Shown here one piece after another: positions 1 through 13,203 of a DNA stretch of 64,000 nucleotides. Each line of letters starts with the position of its first letter. The first letter of the stretch is position 1. Origin of the DNA: Ruditapes philippinarum (lineage: Eukaryota); assembly GCF_026571515.1 (NCBI RefSeq), contig NW_026862806.1, positions 62,001 through 126,000 of the forward strand, written 5' to 3'. Under the pieces are notes generated by a model. That model ran no database searches, was not told the origin of the DNA, and saw nothing but the letters and a program-made list of their open reading frames with translations. A program made the position numbers and the translations under genes.

Positions 1-2960
1 ACCATAGACGAAAAAATCAAGCAATGATGACAACTGTAAGTAGAAATGATATCAATACTGTTTTAATAATGAATTTAAATGCATGAACCATGAGGTACAT
101 TGATCTAAAATGCTCGGTATGACTTTTTTGTAAAGGTAGAATAATAACACGATTCTGTTCACAATTTCCGTCTTTGTTATTGCTTCTGGATGATTTTGGT
201 TTGTCTGGATATACTTCTGAAAATATTTGGAATGCAAATACATAGATATAAAATGGTTGTAAAATGTACTGTTTGGTAAAGTAGGCTTTATTGAACACTT
301 TACCTGATTTCTTAGTTCACACTAGGTTTATTGTGTCTTTTGAATTTATTTTCATTAAATTATAATAGATCAGTAGGAATATTTTTTTTTTGCAAACAGT
401 TTAAATAATCAATAATTTGGTAAGATACTAAGTTAGAAAAAAAACAATCCCTGTGCTCTGCCGATTGAAACCGATCTACCTCGTGGTGGGTTTTTTCCTA
501 ACCTTTATCTTATTAAGTGATTCAATTTATTCATTTTTTTAAATATTACTTTATTTGGATCACCAGACGTGACGTTTACCTAACCAATGCTGAAATTAAA
601 CACATGTTATCGTTCCGCATACTATTGATTTCAGTTTAGACAAAAAGTCGTGTGAAGTTTTATTTTTCAGTTATTTAGTGTGAAGATTTTCACATTGAAA
701 CAAAGCATTCTTCTTTGAAAAATAGACATTTATTTAAAGTTTGCATAAAGTAATAATTTTAACAAGTATTTTGCAAAAGTAATGCATATTTTGCCGCTTT
801 CCAAATCTTAGAAGTATGAAACAAACGTCGAGAAAACCCAAAACAACAATAATCTTACTTGCAGCTTTCCAAACAGACATTCAACATGAACAAAATGTAC
901 AAATAACACTTTACAAATGATTTATACTCCTATATAGTAAAATGTACGGCGGTGTAGAATAGACATTTTTCTCCCGATTGTTCCAATCCTTTAATAAGAT
1001 AAAAGAAAATTGACCTTAAAATGGCCTATTTTATAGGTAAAGAGAAGTATTGTAAACCAATCCATACAAGAAACGCATCCTAATAATTGTAGACATCAAT
1101 CGAGATTTGTTTTGTCTTTCAAATAAAATAAAGAGTTCATTTATTTAGTTGGATGGCGTAATTCCGTGTCCGTGTGCCATCGAGATTCGATTTGTAAAAC
1201 AAACGACATTCGTTTACGTATTGCTAGGCCGATACTTCAATCGCCGTGTCGTCAATAAAAAAAAATACAGCGTGAGAAATATACAGGATCGTAAAATATT
1301 ATTCATAATGTAGTAAAATCGCACGGATGATGCGAAATAATTTGAAATCTTGACACAGTGTCAGTGTAATACCCTCTAACATACTAAAACACATGATTAA
1401 AGTATTATATTTATGATTTGTTTTAATTTGCAATTATATCGTAAACAGGAAAACTTTGTCTATTTAAATGTTTGTCTAACTAAATGTGAAATGAGACCAA
1501 CAGAAGTATAAAAAGGTTATTTTAGTAGTATCACTTGTATTTAGCTCTTGTGCACTTTACGAGAACGTGAGTCTTAGACATATACACTCAACCCAAATTA
1601 AATATAATTCCTAGCGCCTTGATTAGTATGCATCCTATTATATGCGATATAACCTTCATTCAATTAACAGACATTTACTGTTACTTATACCGAACAAATT
1701 TCCTCCACCCTACATTTAACATAGATTTCAGTAAGACAAGAATAACATCAAAATTATGAACAATAGTTCTAAAGCTCTTGAACAGACTCTCTTGAGGGTA
1801 CAGCAATATTTGTTATTATAACTCTACATTTATACTACTGCCTATGAAGACTTGTGAAGGAAATGATCTGTTTATCACGTAAGCAGGTGAACTTTGAATT
1901 GTAGCCGTACAAACTGTTCAGAATGCCAATTTTGTGACTAAGACTTGACAAATTATTAACGGGTGTCCTGTAAATAATGTTATTGTTGATAAGATTGTAA
2001 TAACGATTTTAATAAAATGGTATGGTGCGTTTATGCCTACTATCTTATTATCCTGCAATTACTTTTAGATGATATTTTCTTTGGTCGGGAAAGACATGGG
2101 CCTTTTTAATCAAGCAAATTCTTCTGATCCTTTTTACTTATAAATAATGCCGACAAGTACTTCCGTTTAAAGGGATTCAATGCTTAAATCTTGCTGACTC
2201 CATTTATCTTTTAAAGGCAAAACGTTTCATCGTGAATTCATAAGTTAGCTTTTTAATATATAGCAGGTGTAATTAGTATGATTTTAATGTTATATCCTAA
2301 GAAATGATTTTATATCATGTGAAACATCTGAGGCTAAAATTTAATTGTCATTTTCTATAACTAAATAGACAACATATCTATCGAAGGAGAACAATAAAGG
2401 GGTAGCTATTGTGGTACAATGTAACGTCCCATTATGTTCTAATTATTTATATAATTATATGTATAGGCCATACAATCACAGTATGTTTAAAAATCACAGT
2501 ATGTTTGAAAGAGACAGTATGCCCAGTCAAAAGTAAATGGTCATTATTCAAGTAAATTTCAAATCATCAATATGTCAATTTTGGTTTTCAATTTAATATT
2601 TACCGTAACCCACATATTAAATATATATAAAGATATTTACGGAATTATTGGTTACGTATAATTATAAATAGGTTGGGGCAGAATTATGTCTTGGTCATAC
2701 AAACACTTTGTTCCTTGATCTTCTAGAAAACCACAGTCGTATAAAATGATAACCAACACAACAGTCTGGTATGAAATTATTGCTTTAAATGTTGGTATTT
2801 ATAACTTAAAACAAAATATGAAAATATTTATTGAATAATTGGGAGCATTGCCATAAATGAGCCATACAGCAGAAAAAAATAATGGCAATACTTTGAACTA
2901 TGTAGTATTCAAACACATTTCATTCAGAAGATTATTCCACATAATGTGACATTATATGAT

Positions 2961-3220
2961 AGTCTCGAGAAAATGTGAATCCTCGGAAGCATTAATCACA
3001 ACAAAAGTACATGAACATTTCAGAGTTTGTACACAAGGGATAATGAAAATGTGCAACATCCCTCGCGCTCCCTAGCACCGGCTTGAGCGGTATGAAATTT
3101 TTTACACTAAAAAGTGCTGGAATCAATGATCTCGAAGGACCAGAAAAATATAACAACACTTAAGTTAAAGACGGGGCAATTATTAACAGCTGCCTCACAG
3201 CACTTAACCTGCTGTAGTGA
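2961..3220 (-). mobile_element. Dispersed ~260 bp repeat (SINE-like fragment), inverted copy of 38450-38725
   Basis: cctcggaagcattaatcacaacaaaa, ccctagcaccggcttgag and acagctgcctcacagcactt are reverse complements of colinear blocks at 38450-38725. Confidence 0.75.
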
Positions 3221-5977
3221 ATTATCAAAAATGCCCAGAAATGCGTTTTTCTTTTTTGTATTATATTATTTGTCCATTGTTAATACAAATTCTAAAACAG
3301 ATGACCTTAAAAGGAACTTAAAAAGTCAAGCATATAGTTTGTGTAACTGTAGCATAATGATTGTATTATTAACAGGGTTACATTTCGACAATACATCATT
3401 GAGACGTCAAGTCGAAACACTACAGCCCATACAACGCACGCTTAACACACAATTGTGTTCCAAATCATGAGACAAATTCAGACTGAAAAGAAATTACCCT
3501 TTTAAACACGTAATTTGGGGCAAATTAGGAAACACAATCAATTTTCTTCAAAACATTAATCTTTGAAAATTAATACCTGACATGTTTTTGTGTGGTGTTT
3601 TCTTTCCACTAAATGCCATCATTTTTTGGGAAACATTGGACAAAAATCTTAATTCACTTCATGTTTCATTGCTACACTATTTAACGTAAATTGATAACAC
3701 AACTTTTCACATGTGCGCTTTTCCTCTATATCTTTAACAAATTATCTTGTAGCAAAGCAATATTACAATACACACCAATTACTTTCAATATTGTAGTCCA
3801 TACTCAAATATAATTGTTATTGCATCATCAATTTACAATTATACAAACTATGTCAATACAATATGAGTGCAAGTCTGTTATAGAATTATCATAGTTCACG
3901 TATCAAAGGCTTTCCGACGCAATTTTTATAGAAGAATGGTTCTTTATCGGTTTGAGTTAAACTATATCTTCACTCAATATATCATCTAATCTTATTATGT
4001 ATGTATGACACAAAGAAAGTGAGCATTTAGTTACTTTTTAATCAATTATAATATGGGAAGACCTTTTATCTACATAACAAGGTGTCATTGTTATATTATA
4101 TATTTACTTTTTGGTAAATTTCCAAAATAAATATTGCTAATATATTAAAAACTTTTTTACAATGTATAGGTAATGATATTGTTGGTATAGTTTTAGGACA
4201 TTTACTATACCAAACATTCCGACTTTACATCATTAATTAGGTACTTATTTTGAAAGAAAACAAAATTAATATGCGAAAATATCCATATTTATATATATAT
4301 AAATATATATATATTTAACTTTATAACTATAATTATTTTCATTATAAACAACCCTTTAACAACAATAAGCTTTTGGTGGAAAAAGAAAGTAAGAAAGTTG
4401 GTTTAACCCAACATTAATTTTTCTCAACACTCTAACCTATCGTGTTTATTAACAGATCAATGATTTCTATATGGCCATTACATACGGTTTACATTTCTGC
4501 TCTTGAAAATAATCTAAACGAGTAAAATTAACTCCCCATTTATTTGCCACTAATTTGATAAGTAGCATAGTGACCCCCGACTTCTCTTTTATAAATATGC
4601 TTCATCAAATTCTTTTCTATTCAAATATTAATAATATTCTATCTACTTCTTGAAATCTTCCTGGGTATAAATACGAAGGTGGATAATCTTTCGGTAAAAG
4701 GAAGAAAATGACAGTTTATTCATATGATAATGACTGTGAAAAATCATGTTTTGTGAATCTAGTAATCCTGCTAATAATGATTTTGCAAACAATCTGGTAT
4801 ACCTACCTCTCCTATTTCAGTGCTTACACTAAGTATTAAATTCCAAGGAAAATTATAAAGGGGAACTTTAACGTTTCATAACGGTATAATCATTTAACCG
4901 AAATTCTTACGGATTAATTGTTATGCCTGTAACTGTGATATGTTTCATTCATGTATTTAAGATTATGTATTTCCGTTTCAATTAACAAAGGCTTTTAAGC
5001 ACTTTCTCATAAATCTTCGAAATACGAGTACCACCCATCTTATACCCGGACCATACATATGAAAAACAAGATTAACAAGGACTGGTAGCATTAAATGAAT
5101 GCAACAACCACGAGACTTAACAACACAGGGCCACAGCTAAATTATAGATAAAAAATTGTCTACAGGCAAGTGGCAAAAAATCGAATAAAAGAGAAAAGTA
5201 AAGATTTCAAGAAAACAATGGTTTTCTTTCTAACTTATTTATGCAATTAAATGCATCCAGTGCAATATTTTCAGTAAACGCATTTTCAGCAAAATTGGCA
5301 ATGACATCTTGTGCACAATTGCAGGTTTGCCCGTCATAAACAATTTCCATCCTTTGTAAAGTTGCATAACGAAGTTGTGCATCTTTTTAAAAAACGAGTA
5401 CAATAATCGAACCAAATTTAATGAGTACAATGGCCGAATGATTTTATTGCCTGTCTTATTCCGTCATTTTTTCATTCATTATGCTTGTTTCTCGCTTCCT
5501 GTCATTGAAATCATACAAATACATTATTTGCAAGTTAAAAGTAGGAAGAAGTATTAAATTAAACGACTTCAGTTTGCTTGCAATAAATTCTCATCTTAAT
5601 AGTATTCTGATTTGATAACACACGAGTACATCGGCCTAATACAAAAATAAAATACAAACATGTACATCATACAGACATCATACAGACTTTATTTCACCAG
5701 CAAAATATCAGTTTCAATTACATACATAAAATGTCATACCATTTTGACAATTATTTTGGAAATAGTGTCAGTTGTTTTTTGGGGTTTTTTGTTTTTTTTA
5801 TTTATTTTTTTTTTTTGTATTTCATATGCAGAGAAAGGTGTTCCCATTAATGAAAAGCATGTTAACGTATATCTATGGAATATATACATGTATTATATAT
5901 TTAAAATTTTAATATTGCGTTTATGTAATCGTTAAATACTTCATTACACCATATTAAGTAATTCAATATCTATACAG

Positions 5978-6804
5978 GAATCAGAAATTCTGATGTGTTT
6001 ATTTGCCGGCATTATGACAAATCGTATAGAAGACGATCAGCTTCATGTCGTCACGAGCAGGTACAGATTGGGAAGATACGTCATAAATGCTGTGGGACAT
6101 GGTTCCTAAGTTTCGGCAAATTGCAAAGACATGGGTTTGTAAATTGCATATCATACGTGAAGTACATAGCTTTCTAATATTTCTACATACGGCTTCAGTG
6201 TCAAAGACGGAAAAAACACAAAGGAATTGTTACATGTAAATAAAGAAAAGCTATTAAAAAATAAATTAGATAACCCTGGAGCAATATTTTGCCCCATTAT
6301 TCGCTATAAGCTGCGACATACAATGTACACTTTGTGTTGACAAAAGAAACGCATTTTATATGTTTCTAATTTGGGTAAATTTCTTATGAGGAAAAATGTT
6401 ATAAAACCGGGTTATAATAGCTCCAACACCGGTAAACACAACATGAAAGCTATAATTACAAAAATAGACTGATAGTATTTCTAGATTCTAATTTGTTTCA
6501 GTTGTTTCAGAGCAAACAATTATGGCGGAGCAAAACTGCATCAGTGCAAGAATATGACAGTTCGTTTACGACAAAATCTAAACTTGAGCAACAGACGTTA
6601 TTTCATGCTAACCCAATCTAAGTTACAACATCTGCTCAAAGCTTTTCGAACAAGGGTAATACTGATTGATCACCTTTCTTCCCATTCCGGAAAAAAGAAG
6701 GAAGGAAACACATTATATCAATAGATCAGATAACTCATTATTAGTATGGAGGCTTTCCAATAATACAAACATTTTTTAAGATATCTGCTGAAGCATTCAA
6801 TGAA
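5978..6804 (+). pseudogene. Decayed multi-finger C2H2 zinc-finger gene relic; two putative exons, 5978-6134 and 6511-6804
   Basis: Exon A reads VFICRHYDKSYRRRSASCRHEQVQ then HKCCGTWFLSFGKLQRH. A GT..AG intron at 6135-6510 joins in frame to give LQRH-GANNY-GGAKLHQC. Exon B, allowing frameshifts, gives HQCK/YDSSFTTKSKLEQQTLFH, YNICS/KAFRTRVILIDHLSSHSGKK and AFQ*YKHFLRYLLKH. A GTGAGT donor follows at 6805. Several Zn ligands are mutated (C>Y, H>Q/Y), with stops and frameshifts. Confidence 0.65.
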
Positions 6805-6811
6805 GTGAGTA

Positions 6812-6846
6812 ATTATTATTATTATTATTATTATTATTATAATAAT
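6812..6846. repeat. (ATT)n microsatellite
   Basis: attattatt... run directly after the 6805 donor. Confidence 0.9.
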
Positions 6847-7927
6847 CATAGAGCCAGATTGTTACTCTTTTCTGACTTTCTTGATAATGTTGACCATGTG
6901 CTAATGAATGAAACAAGTATCAAGGACCTATAGTATATTTGAATGTCTAGATCAACAACGAAGAAATCTGCTTAACATTCAATGGGGATAGATATGCAAG
7001 TTTGTGTGTATAATGATAAAAAGTAAATTTCGGATCTACCTAGCAAATGACATCGATTTTGTTCTTGTAGAATTTAATTATATGCACAAAATATGATAAC
7101 AAGATAATCAAGGAAAGGCGGCGTTCACATACAAATTATTTACTTGTAACGTTGATGCCTAAATGCCCTTTGATGTGGCCTGATTCATTCTACATAAGCC
7201 AGTGCTTTGTTCCGAGTTGAAGATAAAACGATATGATATCGTCTTCTTAAGAATAGCATTTTATGTGTGCGAGTATGCAAGTGCTTTTTAATGATTACAC
7301 TACTCATTGTCTTCTCCGTTGTTTCAAATGTATTACGGTGTTTTTTCTGAACATGTGTCAGATAAACTAAGACATAGTACTAAAGTGACCTTTGAAATAG
7401 GACCCATCACATTGTCTTGATAAAATAAATCGTTTTAGCCTTAGTTTATACATAATGTTTATTAATTACACGAAATTTTAATGTAACATACTACTTGTAA
7501 AGTTTGTGTTTGTCAGTTTCCAACTCAGTACGTTAAGCCAAATTCATCTTGGTAACGGAGTTAAACAAAACATGATTACAACATTATAATGCTTTAAATA
7601 TATTGAAAATGCTTTGGAAGGATTTTCCACACATGAACATATGTGCACATCAAGAAAAATAACAAACAAAAAATTATCGGTTCGTGGAAATTTACTTCTT
7701 TTACTGACATTCGACCAAACCTCAGTGAAGTACCTTTAACAATACAGATGACACAATCAACTTTGATGTTTCATTTAAATTAAGATCAATCGCTTACGGC
7801 AATGCTCAATTTTAATCAAGATCTCACTGCCGTTAATTTTACCAATACTTCCATTGTGCGAAGCTCTCTTCTGCTATGAAATAGCATAATATCTAGCTGT
7901 ATACTGCCGAGTACTGAAGATTCTCCG

Positions 7928-8100
7928 ATTGGTTGCATTGGACAGGAGAATTCTTTTTATGAAAACTTGTATATCTTTGCACATAATGTTTTGAAACTTT
8001 AACTGCGCATGTTTGCAGAGATTATTATAATGAAAACCGAGAAAGTTACGCATATCAACATTCGATGTGTGCTAAACTGGAATTTATTTTAAATATAAAA
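7928..8100 (+). promoter_or_regulatory. Possible GPCR proximal promoter motifs
   Basis: Two reverse CCAAT boxes (ATTGG at 7928 and 7937), TGCGCATG at 8004 and TATAAAA at 8094, 170-350 nt upstream of the ATG. These are short motifs in AT-rich DNA, so support is weak. Confidence 0.2.
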
Positions 8101-8273
8101 TTTATATATATGTCTCAAAGATAAGATGGTTGTGAACCATTAAAAGTAGCCTTCTTTAAGTCGATACTGCTTTTATGTGATCTTGATGGTATTCTGTTTA
8201 TGGCAACTAACAGGAATTTTCTACGTTATCTTTTGATGTTATTTGGTATTATATGTAGTAACATTTGTATATT

Positions 8274-8625
8274 ATGGAAGTTGCTGCTAATGAAAGTTGC
8301 CTAAAAAACGCTAATATGACATTTCATGTTCATATGATTAATAAAAGCAATTGTGTGTTTGCTGACCCTTCAACGGAAGTGCCATCGTACCATTTGAGTT
8401 CTCAAATTACTGCGACGATATTTTTTGTTTTAATATTTCTAATAGGCTTTCTCGGAAATTTGCTCGTAATCATGGTTGTGTGTCTACATAGGACTATGAA
8501 AACATCTGTGAACATATATCTGATCAACCTATGTGTTGCTGATATTCTGGTACTCACTGTTTGTATGCCTACTGTACTAGTTGACGTATACTCGAGGGAT
8601 GTTTGGTACTTTGGGAAACTTATGT
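8274..8625 (+). CDS. Class A neuropeptide GPCR (ETHR-like), coding exon 1: N-terminus, TM1, TM2, ECL1
   Basis: ATG at 8274; N-glycosylation sequons NES, NMT, NKS; TM1 GFLGNLLV; TM2 NIYLINLCVADILVLTVCMPTVLV; ECL1 WYFG; canonical donor T|GTGAGT at 8626 splitting the TM3 Cys codon (phase 1). Confidence 0.93.
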
Positions 8626-11600
8626 GTGAGTAGGAGTTGCATAGTCGAGGGGCAACTGTATTTATTTGTTTCTGTTTTAACCTTTATAATATTATATAAG
8701 TAAGACATATTCCTTTTTTTAAATGTAGTCAAAATATTTTGATAGATATGTAATGAAAAATATACTTAAAATGCATGTTTAAAAATGATAATATATTTTT
8801 TTCAAAATGATTCATTACATACTCGTAACTATAGTACCTAGTTTATTAGTTTATTAATTAATTATTATAAACTATTTGTTACAAATAACATTTTCATAAA
8901 ATAAACTTCAATATAACAGGAAGCATTTTAATAGATTCTTGAAATTACTCAAAGAATAAAGACACACATAAGAATGATAACACTAACTTCAGAGAAATGA
9001 CCTAAAATAGTAACGTATGTTTGAGGTACTTGTACAACGATTAATGGATATTTCTTGATATTTTTTCTTTTAAATATTTAGTTTCGTCTACTTAAATTTG
9101 AATTCATTTGTTTTGAAATATACTTCTTTTTTAGATTAAAAATGCGTTTTTTTAAATAATTTATGTACGATCACTTATTTTAACGCGAAAAAGAAAAAAA
9201 CTAATTTTATAAAACAATACTAAAGCACAAAGATAGAAATCGGCATAAATTGCCTGTATTGTTTTAATTGTAGTTATACATACTTAACTTGTTTTAAATT
9301 TCCTATATCTTCCAATTAAGTTCTTTGCTAACCTACATGACGAGTCTATAGCGAAGAAGAATTTTTTATTTGCTCAGAATTTTATTTTTATTATTCTGTA
9401 TTTAACAAGATTAATATCTATTAAGTACTCAACAGCATAGTTCATTGTGCCGTCTTTTGCTTTGTTCCGTGCCATCACATATGACTTTTAACATTAACAA
9501 ATGGCAAACTTAAAGAAAATGCATACTTTCCTTTATAGATTGTTTCTCGGTCTTACAGCGCTGATTCTACCAAAGTAAACACAATTTACAGCATTTCCGC
9601 CCACCAGTTTTTAAATCTGAAGGTATGACAATCATAATTACCTCCGCTTTGAAGAATATTCAAATAGGCTAGAACTGCTGTCCAATACAATGAAACTAAG
9701 GGCCGTGGGTTTTAATCCCAGAGTTAACCTTTTTTCTTTTAACATTATTCATGTATCTCATATATTCCTTTTGCGTTGAAAAAAAAGTTTTCTTATTTCA
9801 ATCAATTTACACAGGCATCTATTGGCTAAATAATACTAAATCTTATAACAAATATTGAACCTGATATTTTCAAAGTGGAATAAAACCAAAACTAGACTGT
9901 AAGAGTATTTAATATTTTACAAAATCAATCAATATATCAAACAATAGGGAAACCGACACTCATTTAAGTAAATTTAAGGGATTCAAAATTAAGCTCTTAA
10001 AGTAAGAAAATTGTAAACCACGTGTTAAATTTTTTTTTATACATATTTCGTACATTTTGAGTAAAAAAACATCATTTTTCTTATGTGGATTGTAAGCTGA
10101 AAGTTACATTTTGTTTCTTACAAAAATAGATGGGAAAACATGTTTGATTAGGATGATAATGTAGATTATTTAAAGGTTTCTCATTTCTGATAAAATGCCC
10201 TTCTAGCATCAAAGATTAAAATCAGAAAAGGGGCCATAATTTTCCATATGGTAAAGTGTATTTTAATGTTACATACAGGTGTCCTTTAAGGTTTATATTT
10301 GACCTGTGATAACAATTTTTCAGTTCCTTATAGTACTCGTGAAGATGGTCATACCTTAAATATTTTAAGCAAATAAATAAGCTGTATATTCATTTGCAGA
10401 AAATATGTTGAACTTACAGTTAAATACTTACGCTCTTAGCAACTCCTTGGTGTTTAGCTTACTTATGCCTTTAAAGCGATGTTCAGCTTTTCTAAAGGTT
10501 AAATATATTATTTTTACATAACTTGTTTCATAAAAATGTAAAATCGAACGAATTAAGGCGGGAAATGATATTTGCAGACAATAGAATACATATTAAACAA
10601 TGAAATAAACCCCATGATATCTTAAATCTACCGGTCTGCTCTCTTTATTTAAAGCAGTAAAAGGACGATTCGTTTCCCGATCTTCCATTTTTAGAAACGA
10701 GCGTCATATACGCATAATAAATAGCTCTAGGAACGCTGTTTTGATGAGGATTAACAGTGATATGATGTACTTTTCCAAGATGAAATTACTGAAGTACTTA
10801 GTTTGAAACAACACAGAATTGTTCTTCCAACAAATTCTGAAAATTGAAGACCGCTTTTAACTATTTTAAAAATAAAGTCTGTACAAGGTTTTATTTAATT
10901 ATGATGTCAATCGTATTGTAAACAAGAGGTTTCTTTAATTAATTAAGCTACTTGGCCGAAGTAAATCTACTCTAACTTGCAAAAATCATTTCCAATGTTT
11001 GGTTTTATGAAGAAATGTTATCACATCCTGTTTAATTATTTAATAATGAAAGTAATTACTTTGCAAAATGTAATGCAGGAATCTAAAAAGGTTGGTCCAA
11101 CAAACTGCGCTAGGAGTTGATGTATTGTGCTGTTTTATGTATGGGCAATATATCCCTAATACAACGTAGGAGCGATGTTCCGAACTAGAACAAAACAGAA
11201 AACACAGAATCGATTTGAAATATTGAATTATTTTAACTATTAAAAGCTTCTTTATCACACGAGTCCAAAGCTCTTTAACTGAAAGTTTTCAAACAGTTAT
11301 TTTTCTTGTATTCGTGTATGTATTTTTTATATTTTTGATATACAATGTAATAGAAATGTTTCACTTTTAAAAGTTATAAATAATTGGTTATAATTATAAG
11401 TATCAAACATATTATTAATTGTATTTTTAACCCAAATAAATCAACTTTAAAAACATATACTGATTCTAATAACTTTATTCAAACACAACATTTTCGCTTT
11501 AATTCATTTTACCCTGCTGTATACAGCTTTCAAATTATGAATGCCGGGTTAAATTGAAACAGAATAAACTTGTATAATTCTTAAAGTCATTTTAGATTTT

Positions 11601-12442
11601 TAAAAAGAACTACATAACCAACTGAAGTTTAATCAAGTCAAAATTTAATAGGAATTTATAAATTCTTTCATTGATTCATTCTTGCATAGATTAGGGTCTC
11701 ACGCTGTAAAAACACTACCAATATGGAAAAACGTTAAGACAAATCAATCAAATCTTTTATGTATATCATATGTTGTCGCACATAGATTTTACAAGACAAA
11801 GTCTTTATTTTTCAGCAAAATGTACAAATGTTACGTCCTTTTAACATCAACCTTTTTACTTTTTACTTTTTTGACCTTTGACTCGTCTTTGCATTTATGT
11901 ATATTAATGTAACACTATCGTCAATACAGTATTTTCCGAACAGAATAGTATCGTAACTAATTTTGTCCTAGTAAAACATTTTATTCGAACATTTTTACAA
12001 AATGTTGCATTTTTTAATTTGCTAAATTCGAACTTCATTTCAAGTTGATATAAGTTAATATTGCTTTGTTTGGATTTTGAAAAAAACGTTGTAAGGAATG
12101 TTTAACCCCGATAATTTATAATGTCTTTGGCTTGGATTTTCTAACCGAAGTCAGACTATAGACGTACAACTAAACGAACCATTTTAAAGATACTTATTTA
12201 GTCTAATCGGAAAAGGTAAAATAAATCTGCTTGTCTGGTGTTAATACGAAGCTTTGATAATGTTCAATCTTTCCTGCCTTATAAAATTAACAATGCTTCA
12301 TTAATGGCTTAAAAGAGGATCTGATAATATGAAATACTTACAATATTAACTAAAGATGATTGCATTTAATCACATTTTGAGTCAAAGAGAGATTGTTATT
12401 GTTCATTGAACAAAATCAAAGTATCTAGCTATATATTTGTTC

Positions 12443-13203
12443 TTTTTAATCCCCTACAAAGTGGGGAGCATATAGCGTTGCACTTGTCCGTCCATCCGTA
12501 CGTCTGTCCGTCCGTACGTCTGTCCGTCCTTACGTCTGCCCGTACGTCCCGAAATCTTGTGAACGCAACTCCTCTTAAACCGGATGGCAGATTTTGCTTA
12601 AACGTCCAGGGATGAACGACCTTAATTAGTAGATGGTAGTAAAGGAAGGAATTTTTTCTGCGACCAAATTTAATAGAATTATGGCCTTTGTTGATTTTTT
12701 CACTATATACTATGTAGAAATTTTGTGAACGCAACCCCTCTTAAACCGGATGGCAGATGTTGCTTATACTTCCAGGGATGAACACACAGAATGTGTTGAT
12801 GGTAGCAGTAAAGGAAGGAATTTTTGCTGCGACCAAATTTAACAGAATTATGGCCCTTTGTTGATTTTTTCACTAAATACCATATAGAAATTTTGTGAAC
12901 GCAAATCCTCTTAAACCGGTGGCAGATTTTGCTTAAACTTCCAGGGATGAACAACCTTAATGTATAGAAAGAGGTTAAGGAAGGAATTTTTGCTGCGACC
13001 AAATTTAACAGAATTATGGCCTTTGTTGATTTCTTCACTATGTACCATATAGAAATTTTGTGAATGCAACTCCTCTTAAACCGGATGGCAGATTTAAATA
13101 AAAAGTTCCACATAAAAATCTTACATACAGATATGCATGCTCTTGTTTACGAGCACATCTGCACAGTGGGGGCATCCGTGTCCTTTGGACACAGTTCTAG
13201 TCT
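12443..13203 (+). mobile_element. Non-autonomous Helentron (HINE/DINE-1-like) with ~3.2 internal ~166 bp tandem repeats, inside the GPCR intron
   Basis: 5' T-run, then subTIR/IR atcccctac..gtggggagcat; (GTCC/GTCY)n microsatellite at 12487-12550; repeat marker TTGTGAAYGCAA recurring at spacings of 166/170/165 bp; 3' subTIR gtgggggcat (13166-13175); hairpin gtgtcc-ttt-ggacac (13178-13192); CTAGT end. Confidence 0.88.

Noticed and set aside
5200-5400. Minus-strand peptide IVYDGQTCNCAQDVIANF resembling a LINE linker
   Set aside because: A single weak motif with no flanking EN or RT signatures
8265-8633. ORF-track boundaries of the GPCR pieces (TTG starts at 8265 and 18445, stop at 8633)
   Set aside because: Eukaryotic gene: the first ATG is at 8274 and splice sites at 8625/18461 join the pieces
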